Assembly: GCA_051362555.1 (NCBI GenBank)
Contig: CM120641.1
Coordinates: forward strand, 36,834,401-36,898,400
Source of the DNA: Lingula anatina
Taxonomy: Eukaryota; Animalia; Brachiopoda
Length of the DNA: 64,000 nucleotides
Direction: 5' to 3'
Shown: piece after piece, positions 12,501 through 26,269 of the stretch
Numbering within the stretch: position 1 is the stretch's first letter
Layout of the letters: the number at the start of each line of letters is the position of its first letter
Program-made: the position numbers and the translations under genes
The notes under the pieces: generated by a model
What the model was told of the DNA's origin: nothing
Seen by the model: the letters and a program-made list of their open reading frames with translations, nothing else
Database searches by the model: none

Positions 12501-15500
12501 GACATTGACATTGACCAGTTTTGTTTCTCTGCTTTAATTGATACATGCATGTTCTGTTTTTACTTTTGAACACCCTGGGTTTCTTTGCTTGATAAATACA
12601 TGCTTTGTTCTTCCCATGTATTATAATTAATAGGTGAAGCGTGTGATTATTCTACTTGGTTATTCTACTTGTCGTGCTTCTCAGCTGCTGTTTCCCAAAC
12701 AGATTATACACCTGTAGCAGACTCATGAGCATGGACCCGCCACAGAAGCAATTTTTTTTTGTATCTTAATTGAACAAGCCTTAATTACATAATCATCCTT
12801 GAAAGTGTATTTTTTACAAGGAGCTACAGAGTTTTGTTTTGAATGCAATCACCATCTTCTTTAGTGAGTTAACACCCGAGTGGCTTTGTTGGAAAATGAG
12901 AGTAGAGCAAAACTGATCTGTACAAAATGCTGAGCTTTAAAATGTTGTTTGGCAGATCATTGGTCATGGTAAATTGAGTGCAAAATGGCCCATCCCTGGC
13001 ATTTTGATAAGTACCAATATAAAACCATTCTCAAAATTGCCCTTCTTTCACATATGGTTAGTGTAAATATCTAAATGCATGCTCAGGCCTACCCAACTAC
13101 CAGACTCGTCACCGAACAATCCTGATTTCACTGGTAGATCGGACCACACTACCTGTTTTCAAGGTGTGTGTCAGCATTTCACAGTATCATACCCCGGAAC
13201 AAATTTTGAGATGAGATGCACTACTTTCCAACCATGCTGAGAATCATCACTATCACATCTCGTACTAGGCAAGAGCAGTGTCGCGTCTGATACTTTGATG
13301 CGCGTAGTGATACACACCTTGAAAACAGGTATTGTGGTCTGATCTACCATTAAATTCAGGATCATTTGATGCCGAGTCTGGTAGTTGAGTAGGCCTGATG
13401 CTGAAACTTGTATTTCCTTGAAGATGCTTCATTTGGTAATTGGGTGATAAACTACACATTTTAGTACTTGCAGTTTCTTGGAAAGAAACTCTTGTGCCAT
13501 TAAAAAATATTGGAAAGATGTCAGTGGCAAGGGATAACTCATTTCTCAGGAAGTGCTGTCAAAATGGGTCAGATGTTGGTGTATTAGTGCGAATATTTTT
13601 CTGATAAGGTCAGCTGGTTGCACCATTATTGTACTTATTCATGCAAAAAGATGTGTTGGTGTACTCATGCACACATCTTGAAAATGCCAAAGTTGAAGGT
13701 GTCCTATCTGAGATTTTTTGGTCAAAGCTAATTTCCCTCAAGAAAAAAGCAATTTTCTTCTACTCATGAATCGTTGCTTGACCCTTCCCTGCACTTGGAT
13801 TGGATGTTTTAAAGCATTTTTAATTAAATAATTTAGTTCTTAATGACTCCCGAGGCATTTGGACTGCCTTTGGACTGCCATGTTTTCTTGACATTTCAGA
13901 ATGAAATATCGACATACATCATGTGCTTTTCTTTTCTTTTTTTTATTTGGGGTGGGGGGGGGTATTATTTAAAAGTTCTGAATTGGGAGAAATTTAGTAG
14001 CTTTGAAGGATATTTAGAAAAAAATTATAACTTAAGGACATTACCAGACGTGTACAGCATATGCCTTTAAGTCTACAAATTGCCATACAGTTTGCACATT
14101 TGTATAAAAAATAAGATCTGGATAAGTAAGTATATAATAATAGAAATATATATACTTTAATTTGTACACATGGACATAAAATGGCCTTTGGGCACTTTAG
14201 TGATACAAGCAACATTTGATATTGATTGGTCTTTTTTCTTACCTGTTGTCTTTCTAAGTTGCACGCACCTTAGAGTTGGAGGTGTGATAATGTGTGGGGT
14301 TTGATTAATGAACCAGTGAATTAGATTCTTTTGACAGTAGGCAGTGCAGTCATCATTTTTTTGCAAGAGAAGAATGGGTTCTTTCTGCTTTGGAAAAAAT
14401 ATATATATATTGATTTTAAGGTGAATAGTGAATTGAATGGGAAAAACCGATGTGAAAAACACAGATCTGAGTTGCTCACATCATTAGTTTTTTAAACAGC
14501 AGTCTGCTTTTGCTCAGTGTACTATTGCAAAATGGTATTCCCCACTCATTCAGTTTAAGAGATCAATTAAAAATCTCTCAAAAAACTGTGCGAGATTTCT
14601 GTGAAAAACTCATCTTTAACCAATATCCTGGGTTAAATAGTTTCTCCTACTGACCAACCATTGATCTTCCTTTCCTGACACTGACCTAAACTCTGTTAAT
14701 ATTTAGGAAAATTAAAACTTATAATTTAACCCACATGTAATTCATGGTATTTATCTGCTAAAAATTATTAAAAAGTATTGTTTGTCCTCAGATAAGTTCA
14801 CTAAGAAGTGGTTTAATTATGCACTAAATGTGTGTGTAAAATCTTGCACTGTCCCTTTAACATAGAAGTTGCTCTAATAACTATCATTAACATTTTTATG
14901 TACAGACACAGATGTGTCTGTACATATTGCCATCACCTGCGTCTGTCGTCGCCGTCGCCGATGGCGATGGCGATGGCGATGGCGATGCCGATGGCGATGC
15001 CGGCGCCGTGCACTTTCCTTGTAAACACGATAAGTGGAGGGCAGTTTTACTTTTTGGCTTTATATTTATAGAGCTGATGAATATTCATAAAACGCAGGTC
15101 AAGTTCGAAAATCAGCATGATCGGGCCATTATTGTAGAAGTTATGCTGTTTTTTCACTTTTCAGCATATTTTTCACATTTCCTCAGATTCAATTCTTAGG
15201 CATGTTAACAGTCTCATTATTAAACTAATAAGATACGTAAAAGTGTTTGTTTGACATTTCCTGCATCTTTACAACATTGTTAGTTGATTTTGTAAAAATG
15301 ATGGTAAACTTGTTATCATGTATTGTGTAATAAAGTTTCAAAAATGGAAATAAACTCATATCATTGCAGTTTGTCAGATTCAATCATTCACTATGTTCAG
15401 AATCTCAGAATGGAAGAAATTGGACATTTAACACTGTTATATTGATATTTTTCCAATCTCATCAATTTTCTTAGTTGATAATATAAAAATGGCAGTAAAC

Positions 15501-18500
15501 TGTTAATTTTGTTTTATGTTAAAAATTGTTAAAAATGGAAAAAAAACATTTCAGAACAGTGCTGTCTTGTTTACATTTTGGCATTTTCAAGTTGTGACTT
15601 TGAAGTTCCATGGGCCTGAAGACCTTTGCTAGACACATTTTCTGAATATCCATGATACTAATATTTTATTCTTAAAAATTGATGGTCATTATGCTGTTAA
15701 ACATTATGTAATATTGCGTCAAAATTTGAAAAAAACCTATTTTGGGCACTGCTCCCATGATGACCATTTAAGAAAAACCATGTCACTTACTGTTCTCAAA
15801 CAGTACAGTAAATATGTACAGATGTGTCTGTACATATTGCCATCACCTGCGTCTGTCGTCGCCGTCATCGCCGTTGCCGGCACCTTGCACTTTCATTGTA
15901 AACACGATAAGTGGAAGGCAGTTTTACTTTTGGGCTTTATATTTAAAGAGCTGATGAATATTCATAAAACGCAGGTCAAGTTCGAAAATCAGGATGATCG
16001 GGCCATTATTGTAGAAGTTATGCTTTTTTCTTTCACTTTTCAACATATATGCAACACTGTAAACACATTTCAAGGAAAACTGATTGGCCTGTTGTCGTGA
16101 AACTCTCAGGAGTAATCGATCTTACTAAAACGGAGGTCAAGTTCGAAAATCTGCATGCAGCCTGAGTTGGAAAAGCAGTCTGATTGGCTTCTTTTTCTGG
16201 AAGTTATACATTTTCAAAGTGTGAACTTGAACTCTCATGGGCCTGAAGCCTTATGCTTGTTACACATTTTACTTTCATTGGTATTTCCTGTTGAGCATAA
16301 TTAAAATTTGATGTTGAATTTACAGTTTATCATAATGTACTTTTGCATCAGAATTGACAGTAGCCTATTTTGTGCATAGTTATTTCCTGCTTTTTGTCTG
16401 TACATTTGACAGCTTTGCTGCCTTGTTGCACGTAGTATATGACTTGAAGAAATTATATATATGGAGAATTGTTTATTTATTCACTTAAACATTATTTATT
16501 CAGTTAAACATGTCCCGCTTGTCTTCAGTATAATTTGCTCATTAATAAAAGAAGGACAGAATTGGACATGCCATATTTTATTAATTACATAAAGGTATGG
16601 TACTTAAGTCTCTGGAGCTTGCAAATGCATCAGATAAAATTGAAAACTTTATAATCCTGTTAGTTTATTCTTTAGGGGCAGCCATTCAGTGAGAAATATC
16701 TTTAAAAATTGCAAACTTTGAACAGCATCCCTAATTTTATGACAGCAATCAATCTCCCCATTATTGTTTTATGCTTTTGACAAATACTGCAATGACTCTA
16801 TCCTTTCAATGGGGAAAATTGTGAGTTTTACAGTTATTTTACATTTTAAGTCATAAATTCTTAAAATTTGAGCCTTCCTATTGAGTGGGTACATCAAGAT
16901 TGAAAAGCAGGCTACCCTATACCAGTATGTTCTGTTCTTTGTAGTAAAAACACCATACTGTGTACAAAGATGCAATTTTTATGATTATAAAATTATGTCT
17001 GGAAGAGTGATGATTTTTGCCCATTGTAAAGATTAAGTCATCACCGTAGCCTGTAGCATGTTGGCACTGCCTGCTATGTACCCTTGTCATCATTGTTTTT
17101 ACCAGGAAAGACATTTAGCTGAAACATGCTCTGTACTTCAGTTAGGAAAATGGAAAATGTTCCACTTGTAGAACAATGTTGTCGTGGTTGTCAACAATTA
17201 ACCGTCTTACGTCAGCATTACATTTGGTTTTGTAATAGTGGTTCTTCAGCTAGGTAACACTGAGCTTGGTGTTACATCAGAATCAGGTGTGGACTCTTGT
17301 GTGCTTGTGTTTCCCTCATATCTATCTTGATTAAGTTTACTTAGCATTCGAGAAAAATTAATTATGAGACTGTGTTGACCAGAAAGATGATTACATCATG
17401 GTTGTTGTATGAATTTATCAGACAGTGCAGTATAAATTAATTTGTTCTAGACTTAAATCAGTGGCTGAGTCTGAAGTACTTGTATGCGCATTGCATGAAG
17501 GCTATCAATCATACTGTAGCATGATTGCATGGTTCATAGCCATGACTAAGCAGTCGATTTTGACTGATTGCAATCTATGACCCATCAAACTTAGTTGCAA
17601 CCAGATTGAATGGCCTTGGACAGGTACGTTTATTCAGATCCCAACTGACTTGTGAACTGTCAGGTCTCATGCACACTGAAATCTTTAAAATCCATGGTGG
17701 GACTAATACAGAACTGTTTCCGTGAATACTGGTAGAAATTGAATTTGAACAGTTATTGTGAACAGGTCAACATAGATGTGACAAGATAGAGATTATTTAT
17801 TTTCCACACAATGAATTTGTAATGCAAAATACGGGCACAGCAAAACATGTAAATTATATAAAGGCTTAATACAAAGTGATAACAAAGAGAAAACGTAAAA
17901 GTATGTCACATTTGTTTATAAACACACAAGTAATTCAATAGGCATAGTTGCATACATTTTGTGGACTTGCAAAAAACATGAGCCAAATGTTTAGAGTCCT
18001 CTCTGCTCATCTTATCTCGGTTCTGTACCACATTTGTGCACTTACAGACAACTTGTTCCTCAGACCACATGCACATATTCATTTATCTCAGTCACTGGTC
18101 TTTTTCAATTGCTAAATTATGAGCAGACAACTGTAGTGTTGTATCTGCCAGTATGCCTTCCTCAAAATAATGCATGTGTGTGAGTATGTGCTAACTTTAA
18201 GCTGAATTAATGACAAAATGTATTCTGAGAATCATCTGCTTTATCTAAAATACTAAAAATTGTATGAGAATTTTCCAGAAAATTGCTGCTGACTATGACT
18301 TTTGCAATTTATTTTGATCCTTCATATTTTATGAATAAAAATAGAATTAAGCCTTTGATTCATCTCAGTGTCTGATTATAATTAAATTAAGACAGATTTT
18401 TGTATCTCAAATGTTGTACATCAGAAACCCTGATGACTTGATATCTTAAGGGGGCCTTCAGAGCAGTGGATTAACAGATCCACGGATCAAATATGGCTGA

Positions 18501-19011
18501 ATGCTTGTTGCGTAATCCCGCAGGGACTTTATTCAGTGTCTAATCGGGAATCAAGCGGCAAGCTTTTTGGTGGTTTGCCATATTTGAGCAGTGGATCTGT
18601 AAGTCTGCCAGGCCCGTAGCCAGGGGGGGTTTGGGGGGTTCGAAAGAACCCCCCTTTTTGCTGGAAAAAGGTCCACTCTGTGTAAAATTTGACCTAGATA
18701 CATGGGGATTATATGGTAAAAGGTCCACTTTTTCAGAAAAAGAACCCCCCCTTTGAAATTGCTGGCTACGGGCCTGTCTGCTGTTCTGAATGTGCTCTTA
18801 CAAGTACATACATATCCTCCAGGAAGTTTAATCATAGACAAGCTTTCCCACAGCATGTTTTATGTAAAGGATGAAGTATGTGTTCCTGTTTTTTCATTCT
18901 GATTGGAAATCTATCCAGTATCCATGCAATGTAATGCAGCTATTAGATAATAACCTGTACTACATGATGTGCAGTAAATGGAAATCATTTTCTCATCTTT
19001 CTCTCTCTCGA

Positions 19012-19064
<53 letters not shown>

Positions 19065-22000
19065 TATTTGAAGAGAGATCGAGAGAGAGAGAGAATATAT
19101 GCACTTATAAGTATTGCCTACCTTTCCCCCCCCCCCATCCCCGCCCTCTTTTCATTTGAAAGAAACTGAACCTTATATTCCCATGTAGCATCACTTAAGT
19201 TAGGCATGAAGCTTATGTCAACAACATAAGAAGACATCAGTAAATCAAAATTTTCAGTTAAAACTATTTAAGGGAAGGAAAATATCAAATCATGGTAAAC
19301 TGATAAGTTAATGCTTAGATCGAGGCTTTTGTTCACTATATTAGCACCACATTGGGTAGACCACATTTATTAGCTATATTTTTAGTCCATGGGTAACAGA
19401 AAGTTTAAATTAGTTAGTGTATGCAAGTCTCAATTGAGAGATTATTTCCCCAATGCATTACAGGAGAGCTCAAAAATGCCTTAATGCAATCCAAATGAGA
19501 TTTACAAATCAAGCTTTATGACCCTGTTCCAAACTAACATTAGATACTTTTGCAATGGTTAATACATGTACGATGTAAAGGTCACACATGAACATTTGGC
19601 ATTAGAGTTAATCATTGAGCTATACCCTACCCCAAACAGTTGAGAAAATTACAATCTGTAAAGTTTAACCTGGTTTGAACCCTTTATTTCTCATTTTTAC
19701 TGTTACAAATTAAATTGACCAGTCCTTATTACAAAAGTGGTTCTGTTAAAAAATGAAAATAAACAGTTTATAGTTAAAAGGAAATTTTGTCATTGGCTTT
19801 GGCTATAACATACCTTGGTGATTAAAGGAACAAGTGTTAATTGATATTTATATAATTTTTTCTATTATATAAAGGTCTGTTGCTCATTGTGTGATCTTAA
19901 CTATATGGGGTCATGCAGTTACTTCACAAAGTACAGCAGTGTCATTATTTATGGACATGTTCAGAAGCAGACTAAATCCAACTAGAAAAAATCTGTCATG
20001 CAGGGAACTGTGTTTGATAAGGTGGTCTAGGAATCTTATGTCAGACATTCTCAGGCCTACCCAACTACCAGACTCGGCACTGAATGATCCTGAATTCACC
20101 GAAAGATCAGACCACACTGCCCGTTTTTAAGGTGTGTGTCAGTACACATTTCACAGTATCATACCCCGGAACAAATTTTGAGAAGAGATGCACTACTTTT
20201 CAACCCCACTGAGAATCATCACTATCACATCACGTACTAGGCAAGAGCAGTGTCGCGACTGATACTTTGAAGCGCGTACTGACGTACACCTTGAAAACGG
20301 GTAGCGTGGTCCGATTTACCGGTGAATTCAGGATCAGTCGGTGCTGAGTCTGGTAGTTGGGTAGGCCTGATTCTGGTCATCTAGTGATGACAATTAGAGC
20401 TTTGATTTTAATAGTTTAAACTAGTCCAAATAAGGCTGGTTTTGAAAGCATGATATTTCACCTTCACTGGAGAAAAAATATGGCACCTTTGCTGCATCCC
20501 TTGAGTCAGAAATGACATTTTCCTTCTCCCAATGTTTATATAGATAAAGCCCAATGGGAATGGATTTTTGTCATTTCTAGAAAAAAAGTGAGGGGGGGGG
20601 GGGGGTGAATACAATTTTCATAATATTTTCCCATTTAATGCAGCAAGATAATACTATAATAACATTTACTACCCCTTTATGCATAATTATGCACTGGGTC
20701 TTTGTGTTCCTCCAAGATTCTACCAAACACTTTTGTTGAAAAAAAGCTAAATTTTGCTTAAGGTTAACATAACTTGAGATGAGTTGAGATATAAAGATAA
20801 CATTCAGTTATTTTTATTATTCTTTTCAGCTGTACCCTAAGGAAACTTTGACTCGAGGGAATCAAGGATCTATGTTGATATGTTGTGGGCCTGGAAATAA
20901 TGGAGGAGATGGTTTGGTGTGCGCAAGGCATCTAAAACTGTTTGTAAGTTTATAGCGTAGTGAAAAAAAATTCCACAAGATGATATTCTAATAATTTGAT
21001 GTAGCAAGATGCATTTGGTTTCCCTGTTTTGTTTTCAGCAGTTTTGCAAACTGAATAAGAATAAGTGTAACATTTAACATGTTTTATCCTCATGAAATAA
21101 AGTTTATTATTATTATTATTATTATTATTGTTGTTATTGTTAGTACTCTTGATCCATGTGAACTCAAACTGCCATTTGCAAATGAATATTGGGCAAAGAA
21201 AAGAAAAGTTTTAGTTATTTTTTTTACTAATTTTCTGAAAAAGTTGATAATCACTTTGAGAAAGTAGAGAACAAGGGTCAAAATTACTCCATTTATGTAT
21301 TGATCCTAAGGACTCCACATATTCCAAACTTTGAATGTACTGAAAATTATATCTGATAGAGAAAACGCAGAAGGGCACCGAGATTCTATTATGCTATCAA
21401 TGATTTATGATAGCTAGTCAATATTTCTTATATCAGGTGCTTTTGAAATGTAGCTTTGTCCTCAGAGCATGGGCACTGTAGTCAACAGTTATGCTTTATC
21501 CATGATTATTGTCTTTTTTTTCATTTAAGATAAACTCACTATTTAAAAAAGATATGCAAGATGAAGTTTGAATTTTAGAGTTTTTTTCTCTTAAATGAAA
21601 AATTGCCTCATTTTTCAGGGCTATAAACCAACAGTGTTTTACCCAAAGCCTACGGACAAGCAACTTTTCAAGAATTTGACCACACAGTTAGAGAAGCTTG
21701 ACATCCCATTTCTATCTTACTTGCCACACGAAACTTCCCTCATTAATGACTCCTACAACTTGGTGATTGATGCACTGTTTGGCTTCAGCTTTAAAGGGCC
21801 TCCAAGACAACAGTTTAAGGAAATTTTGGAAACGTTGAAAAAAGTGCAGCTACCATTGGTTAGCATTGATGTCCCCTCAGGTAATTATTTCTTTGCTTTC
21901 CACTTTTAGCCATCTGTTTTGATTTTAAGCTTACTTGCAAGTAGATATGCGTCAGTATTTAGCAGATTTCTATAATTTAACATTCAGTGACAAGTGAGAT

Positions 22001-23352
22001 GGAGACGGTTTCTCTGGGAGTAGAAATGCAGCAGAGACTCCATTGTTGCTTTTTTTTTCTGATAAAAGACTTCGCCAGCATAGAACTTCTGTTACAAAGA
22101 GATTGTAGTGTTTTAGTTGAACCCTAACTTGTAAAATAGTTCCTTTTGTAATTTTACCCTTCCTCAAAATATACGAACCTGAACAAATGACTTGCTCATA
22201 TTTCATACAATTTATTTTTGTAGCTAGTACATGCAAGCACAGATGACAACACACAACCGTCAATTGGATTACACAACAGATAACAACATACAATTGTTCA
22301 TATGACCTATAAACATACAGTATTCTCTTTATATTGAAAAGGTTCCTGTTTTTATATAATGCTTCCATAACATTTGAGAAGAAAATCACAGCCAATACTC
22401 CAGTGTTTTTTTTTTCCTTGGTAGTGATTGAATAAGCTGTAAAACATCAAATTTACAACAACAAAATGAACACGTGTGTACAACATTGGAAATCGTATGA
22501 CACAGCAGTGCAAGTCAATTAAACAACATAGATGTTTTCATAGTAGGTTGGAAAGTTGACCTGGTTCAATCAAGAAACTTCCTGAAGCTGTTTGAGTTAA
22601 TGTAGTATAAGAGGTGGGGAAATTATAACCCTTATGTTTGTGGAAGTACATCTTTAAAATGCCCTTTCTTGGAATAAAAATGTAGATCTGTACTGAAAAG
22701 GAAATTAATAGGCAGTTTTGCTTCATTTTCTCTCATTTGAACCTAAAATAAGTTTCTTGATTAATGGCTATTTTAATAAATGCATATGGCACTTGATAAT
22801 TTGACAGGTAGTTCAGACAGTTAGTTGACAGAAATCATAGGGGTCCTCCAATAGTCAGTTGATGATGTCTGTGCTATGAATAAACCAATACTTATGTAAG
22901 AAGTACTCATTTTTCATGGAAAAATTTGTATGAAACCTACTCCTCAGATTATTGTGCATTGTGTTTCTATCAGTGTTGCCACAGAAACTTTATCATAGCC
23001 CCATTTTCCTTTTTTGTGTCAAAAAAAGTACATTTCTGCATATTCTTTTTACATTTGAAATAACACACACCTGAAATAATTATTTTTTTCTTTTTTTCAT
23101 AAATATTTAGGCTGGAATGTAGAAGACGGAGATCCAGATGGACTTCAACCAGAAGTGCTCATCTCTCTCACAGCCCCTAAAAAATGTGCCAAACATTTCA
23201 AAGGCAAGCATCATTACCTTGGTGGCAGGTTTGTTCCCAATGCCTTGGCCCAGAAGTATGAATTAAATCTTCCACCATATCCTGGCACGGATTGCATCTT
23301 ACAGTTGAAGATGGATAAACTGGATAAGCCACAGGAGGATGGAAAAGACTAA
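6535..23352 (+). CDS. NAXE: NAD(P)H-hydrate epimerase (YjeF_N family); exons 6535-6653, 11868-11976, 20830-20943, 21619-21880, 23111-23352
   Basis: Spliced translation contains [74 protein letters not shown] and [20 protein letters not shown]. All introns are GT-AG with compatible phases (2,0,0,1). The first exon is less certain than exons 2-5. Confidence 0.93.
13084..13397. mobile_element. MITE family A (314 bp, long TIRs, 5-bp TSD ATGCT)
   Basis: CAGGCCTACCCAACTACCAGACTCG ... CGAGTCTGGTAGTTGAGTAGGCCTG. ATGCT at 13079-13083 and 13398-13402. Lies in NAXE intron 2. Confidence 0.9.
14893..16427 (+). mobile_element. Helentron-associated non-autonomous element (HINE-like), composite
   Basis: 5' TTTTTATGTACAGACAC-AGAT-GTGTCTGTACA palindrome, then a (GGCGAT)n microsatellite, an internal reiteration of the 5' module at ~15815, and a 3' end GTCTGTACA + GACAGC-TTT-GCTGCC hairpin + TTGTT. 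A closely similar inverted copy is at 45660-48354. Confidence 0.8.
18609..18776. mobile_element. MITE family B (168 bp, 15-bp TIR CAGGCCCGTAGCCAG, 5-bp TSD TCTGC)
   Basis: Perfect 15-bp TIR. TCTGC at 18604-18608 and 18777-18781. Internal duplicated AAAAGGTCCACT and AGAACCCCCC blocks. Confidence 0.85.
19000..19094. repeat. Compound (CT)n-(CA)n-(GA)n microsatellite
   Basis: Visible dinucleotide runs. Confidence 0.9.
20052..20369. mobile_element. MITE family A (318 bp, 5-bp TSD ATTCT)
   Basis: Long TIRs beginning CAGGCCTACCCAACTACCAGACTC. ATTCT at 20047-20051 and 20370-20374. Colinear with the 13084 copy. Confidence 0.9.
21104..21129. repeat. (ATT)n microsatellite
   Basis: Visible trinucleotide run in a NAXE intron. 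Confidence 0.85.
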
Positions 23353-24999
23353 AGTGGCCGTGTTTAACACACAGATTTATATTCTGTCATGAATAGGGTA
23401 AATGTTAGAACTTTCATTTTGAAAAAAAAAGGGAAAAACAGACCTATAATTTTAGAGTCTAGTGTATGCATTTATATTGTAAAACAGAATATACAAAGTA
23501 TATCTGTAAAGTATACGGCAAGCTGAAAAGGCAGGTCTTGCACTATAAGCCAAAGCCTTCACCAGTTCTTTGACCTTTAGCTAAATCAACACATTTACGA
23601 AACAATTAAGGATTCACAATCGTTAAATCTACAAAAGATACAGCTTCTCTGTATTCATTGGAAAAGATCAATTGGGCTTTACAGTTCAGCATGAACATTG
23701 CTTTTTCCAGTGTAATTTTTTCAAGCACATTCATCACAACAACCTTCTGTCAGTACCTCCAAGTCTCAGAATTCTGATATTCACTCTCCTTAATTTAGCA
23801 TAGGCATCTGCCACTATTTTAGTATAGAAATGGCAAGCCACAATGCTGTAGAGAAGGTTATCTAATGATTCTGAATCTCGGGGTGCCTGACAGTGTATAA
23901 TCTCATTTGTCATGATTTTAACTACCATTGTGAGAATCTACACAGTTTTCAAAATCCATTTATTTTCATGTAAGCTTATTGAATATCAATGATATATCAA
24001 GTAAAGAAATGGCATGTTATTAATAATAAGAAAATTTAGACATTGTTTATCAGATGTTTATTTGTTAGTAAAATTGGTGTGAAACAGGCTGGTAAATCAA
24101 AGAAGGTGACCGAGCTTATAGCATAACATGGGCTGTATACATCATACATAAAGTATCTATATTGTAAACATACGATACATTCATATTACAACTAGTATGT
24201 ATTGTATAATCGCTGTTCTATAAAATGTTGCTTCTGTGTCTCTCAGTCTTTTAAGTCAGGATATAGTTAAAATCATGTAAAGGCATTAAATAACTATGGC
24301 ACTGGAGAACGTATAGACACTAATAAGTGAAGATAATAAAGGGTCATCAGGATGTATATCAGGCTGTCATAATTGCCTCCCCATGTGAAATATCAGCGTG
24401 CAGCCTTATGGCTAACTATGAATGTATTTTATTAGCTTGATGAATGCCAGCTCGGTTCCCAGTTTACATATACCAAGGCAGTGTGTTACTGTGTGTACAT
24501 GGCTAGGTGTGTGGTTCTTGTTTATAGAAACTGTGTATATTTTTCTTCTGTTATACTGGCAACTATCTGGATGTTGGCAAACCATTTTTAGCAAAGAAAT
24601 TTAGTTGTGATGAAGAATTCTTGAACTGGTTTCCACTAGAAATTTGTACAGTTCTGGAATAATGTACCTGATTTAAGTAGTAACTTGAGAAATTATCTGA
24701 TGTTTTTTTCTTAAAACAATTCAAAATAGCCATGTCGGTTAATATTCATGACAAAAATGTCAGAATGTCTCTAATTTAAATAAAATGTGTTATGGGAAAC
24801 CATAGTTTTGTTTTCATGTATGTACGTGCAAATTTAATCCATGCCCATGTTTTTCCATGGAACATACATTTAAATGTCCTTAAAATGCAAATTTTAATGT
24901 TATTGAAAATTAATGCTAGAAGTGAAAAAAATTTACTGCTCTTAAAAACTTAACATTGAGAAATTGTCTTATATCATGTGGCTTAAAAAAAGTTGCTAG

Positions 25000-25313
25000 T
25001 TTCAAAGTTCAAGAACTACAAGTTTGAAGATACTGCAGCGAAATTTGGGATATTTTTAATGAATGTTGAAAATTTCATGACTCTACCTTTATTACTTTTG
25101 ACACAGCAAAAAAATTTAAAGTCAAAAAATGCGATGCCAGCCAGTGACTTTAGTCAGGTACCGATGTGGCAGTTTTGACACCTGTAATGTTTTTGATTTG
25201 ATAATAATATCAAAACTGTAATATTTGAAATTTTCAGGGAATAATGTATCAAAGATCTGTGCAAAACTTAAATTTGAAAACTTGTGAACAGTTGAAGTAA
25301 TTGAACTTTGAAA
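25000..25313. repeat. Degenerate inverted repeat, probable old MITE relic
   Basis: TTTCAAAGTTCAA (25000-25012) versus TTGAACTTTGAAA (25301-25313), with a nested TGAAAATTTCA / TGAAATTTTCA pair. No clear TSD. Confidence 0.35.
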
Positions 25314-26269
25314 TTAATAATGTTTTTTATGAGCCTTCCAATATGTGAAGCTGGTATGTATTAACAGCAATTGGCAGTTTTCAGGAGTTTTTTGCCAACA
25401 GCAATTTGATTTGAAGACTACCAATGTTTGCCTCTTTGATTCAAAGACTGTCAATCTATACCTCAACATTTTACATTAAGTAATTGCTTGGTTTTATGTA
25501 AATTTACTAGTTATTTTTTTGATGAAATGGAAAGATCATGTACTTTCATTTATAAGAAGGATGACTACCTATACTGATCCATTTTGCTAATTAATATTTT
25601 TATGTTCAGAGATCAAGATCAATATTTTACAATTGCTAAATGTTTGCCATACTACTGAAAACAACTAGAGGGGACATTTTTTGATGCCGTGTCATAAACG
25701 GAACCAGGAAAAAATGTGATTATTTTAACATTATAAACACACCAAAACATGGGTATGCCTTCAGTTAAATATCATTTTTGACAACAATTTCAATGACAAA
25801 TGAATGTTCAAATGAGGAATGACATTTCTATAAACCCATTTAAGGCAGACTAAACAACCATTTAGGGAAAGCAGATAGTATTACTGAGTTTTGACAACCA
25901 TAAAACAAAATAAATTTTCAATAAATGAAAGCACACAATCACATGTAACAGTAAGCAATAAAACAGATTACTTTCATGAGGTAATTCAATGTAGATCTAT
26001 TCTGCTTTTGAAGTCTTCAGCAGTGAAGGTGCATCTGCCACAATTACTGTTTTTTATACAATGTACATTAGTCTGCAATGTGTTAGTCACAACTGTAGCA
26101 ACTTATATTTAAGCCTAACAATGTGTCCCTTCTTTTATCAAATGTTACAGCCAACACAAATCAGCAAAGCTAATTTTTTATTTTCAACTTACATAAATAT
26201 CCATTAACGTAATAGTCATTTTGGAATATGAGGTTTCTATTTGTTTTTTTCTTCATTTATAATATATAT

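Noticed and set aside
12628-12900. Possible further repeat element (TTATTCTACTTG duplicated)
   Set aside because: No second copy, termini or TSD could be established in this window.
14832-16100. ORFs with MAMAMA / DGDGDG repeats, and similar ones at 46981-48377
   Set aside because: They are translations of the HINE microsatellite and repeat body, with no protein-family motifs.
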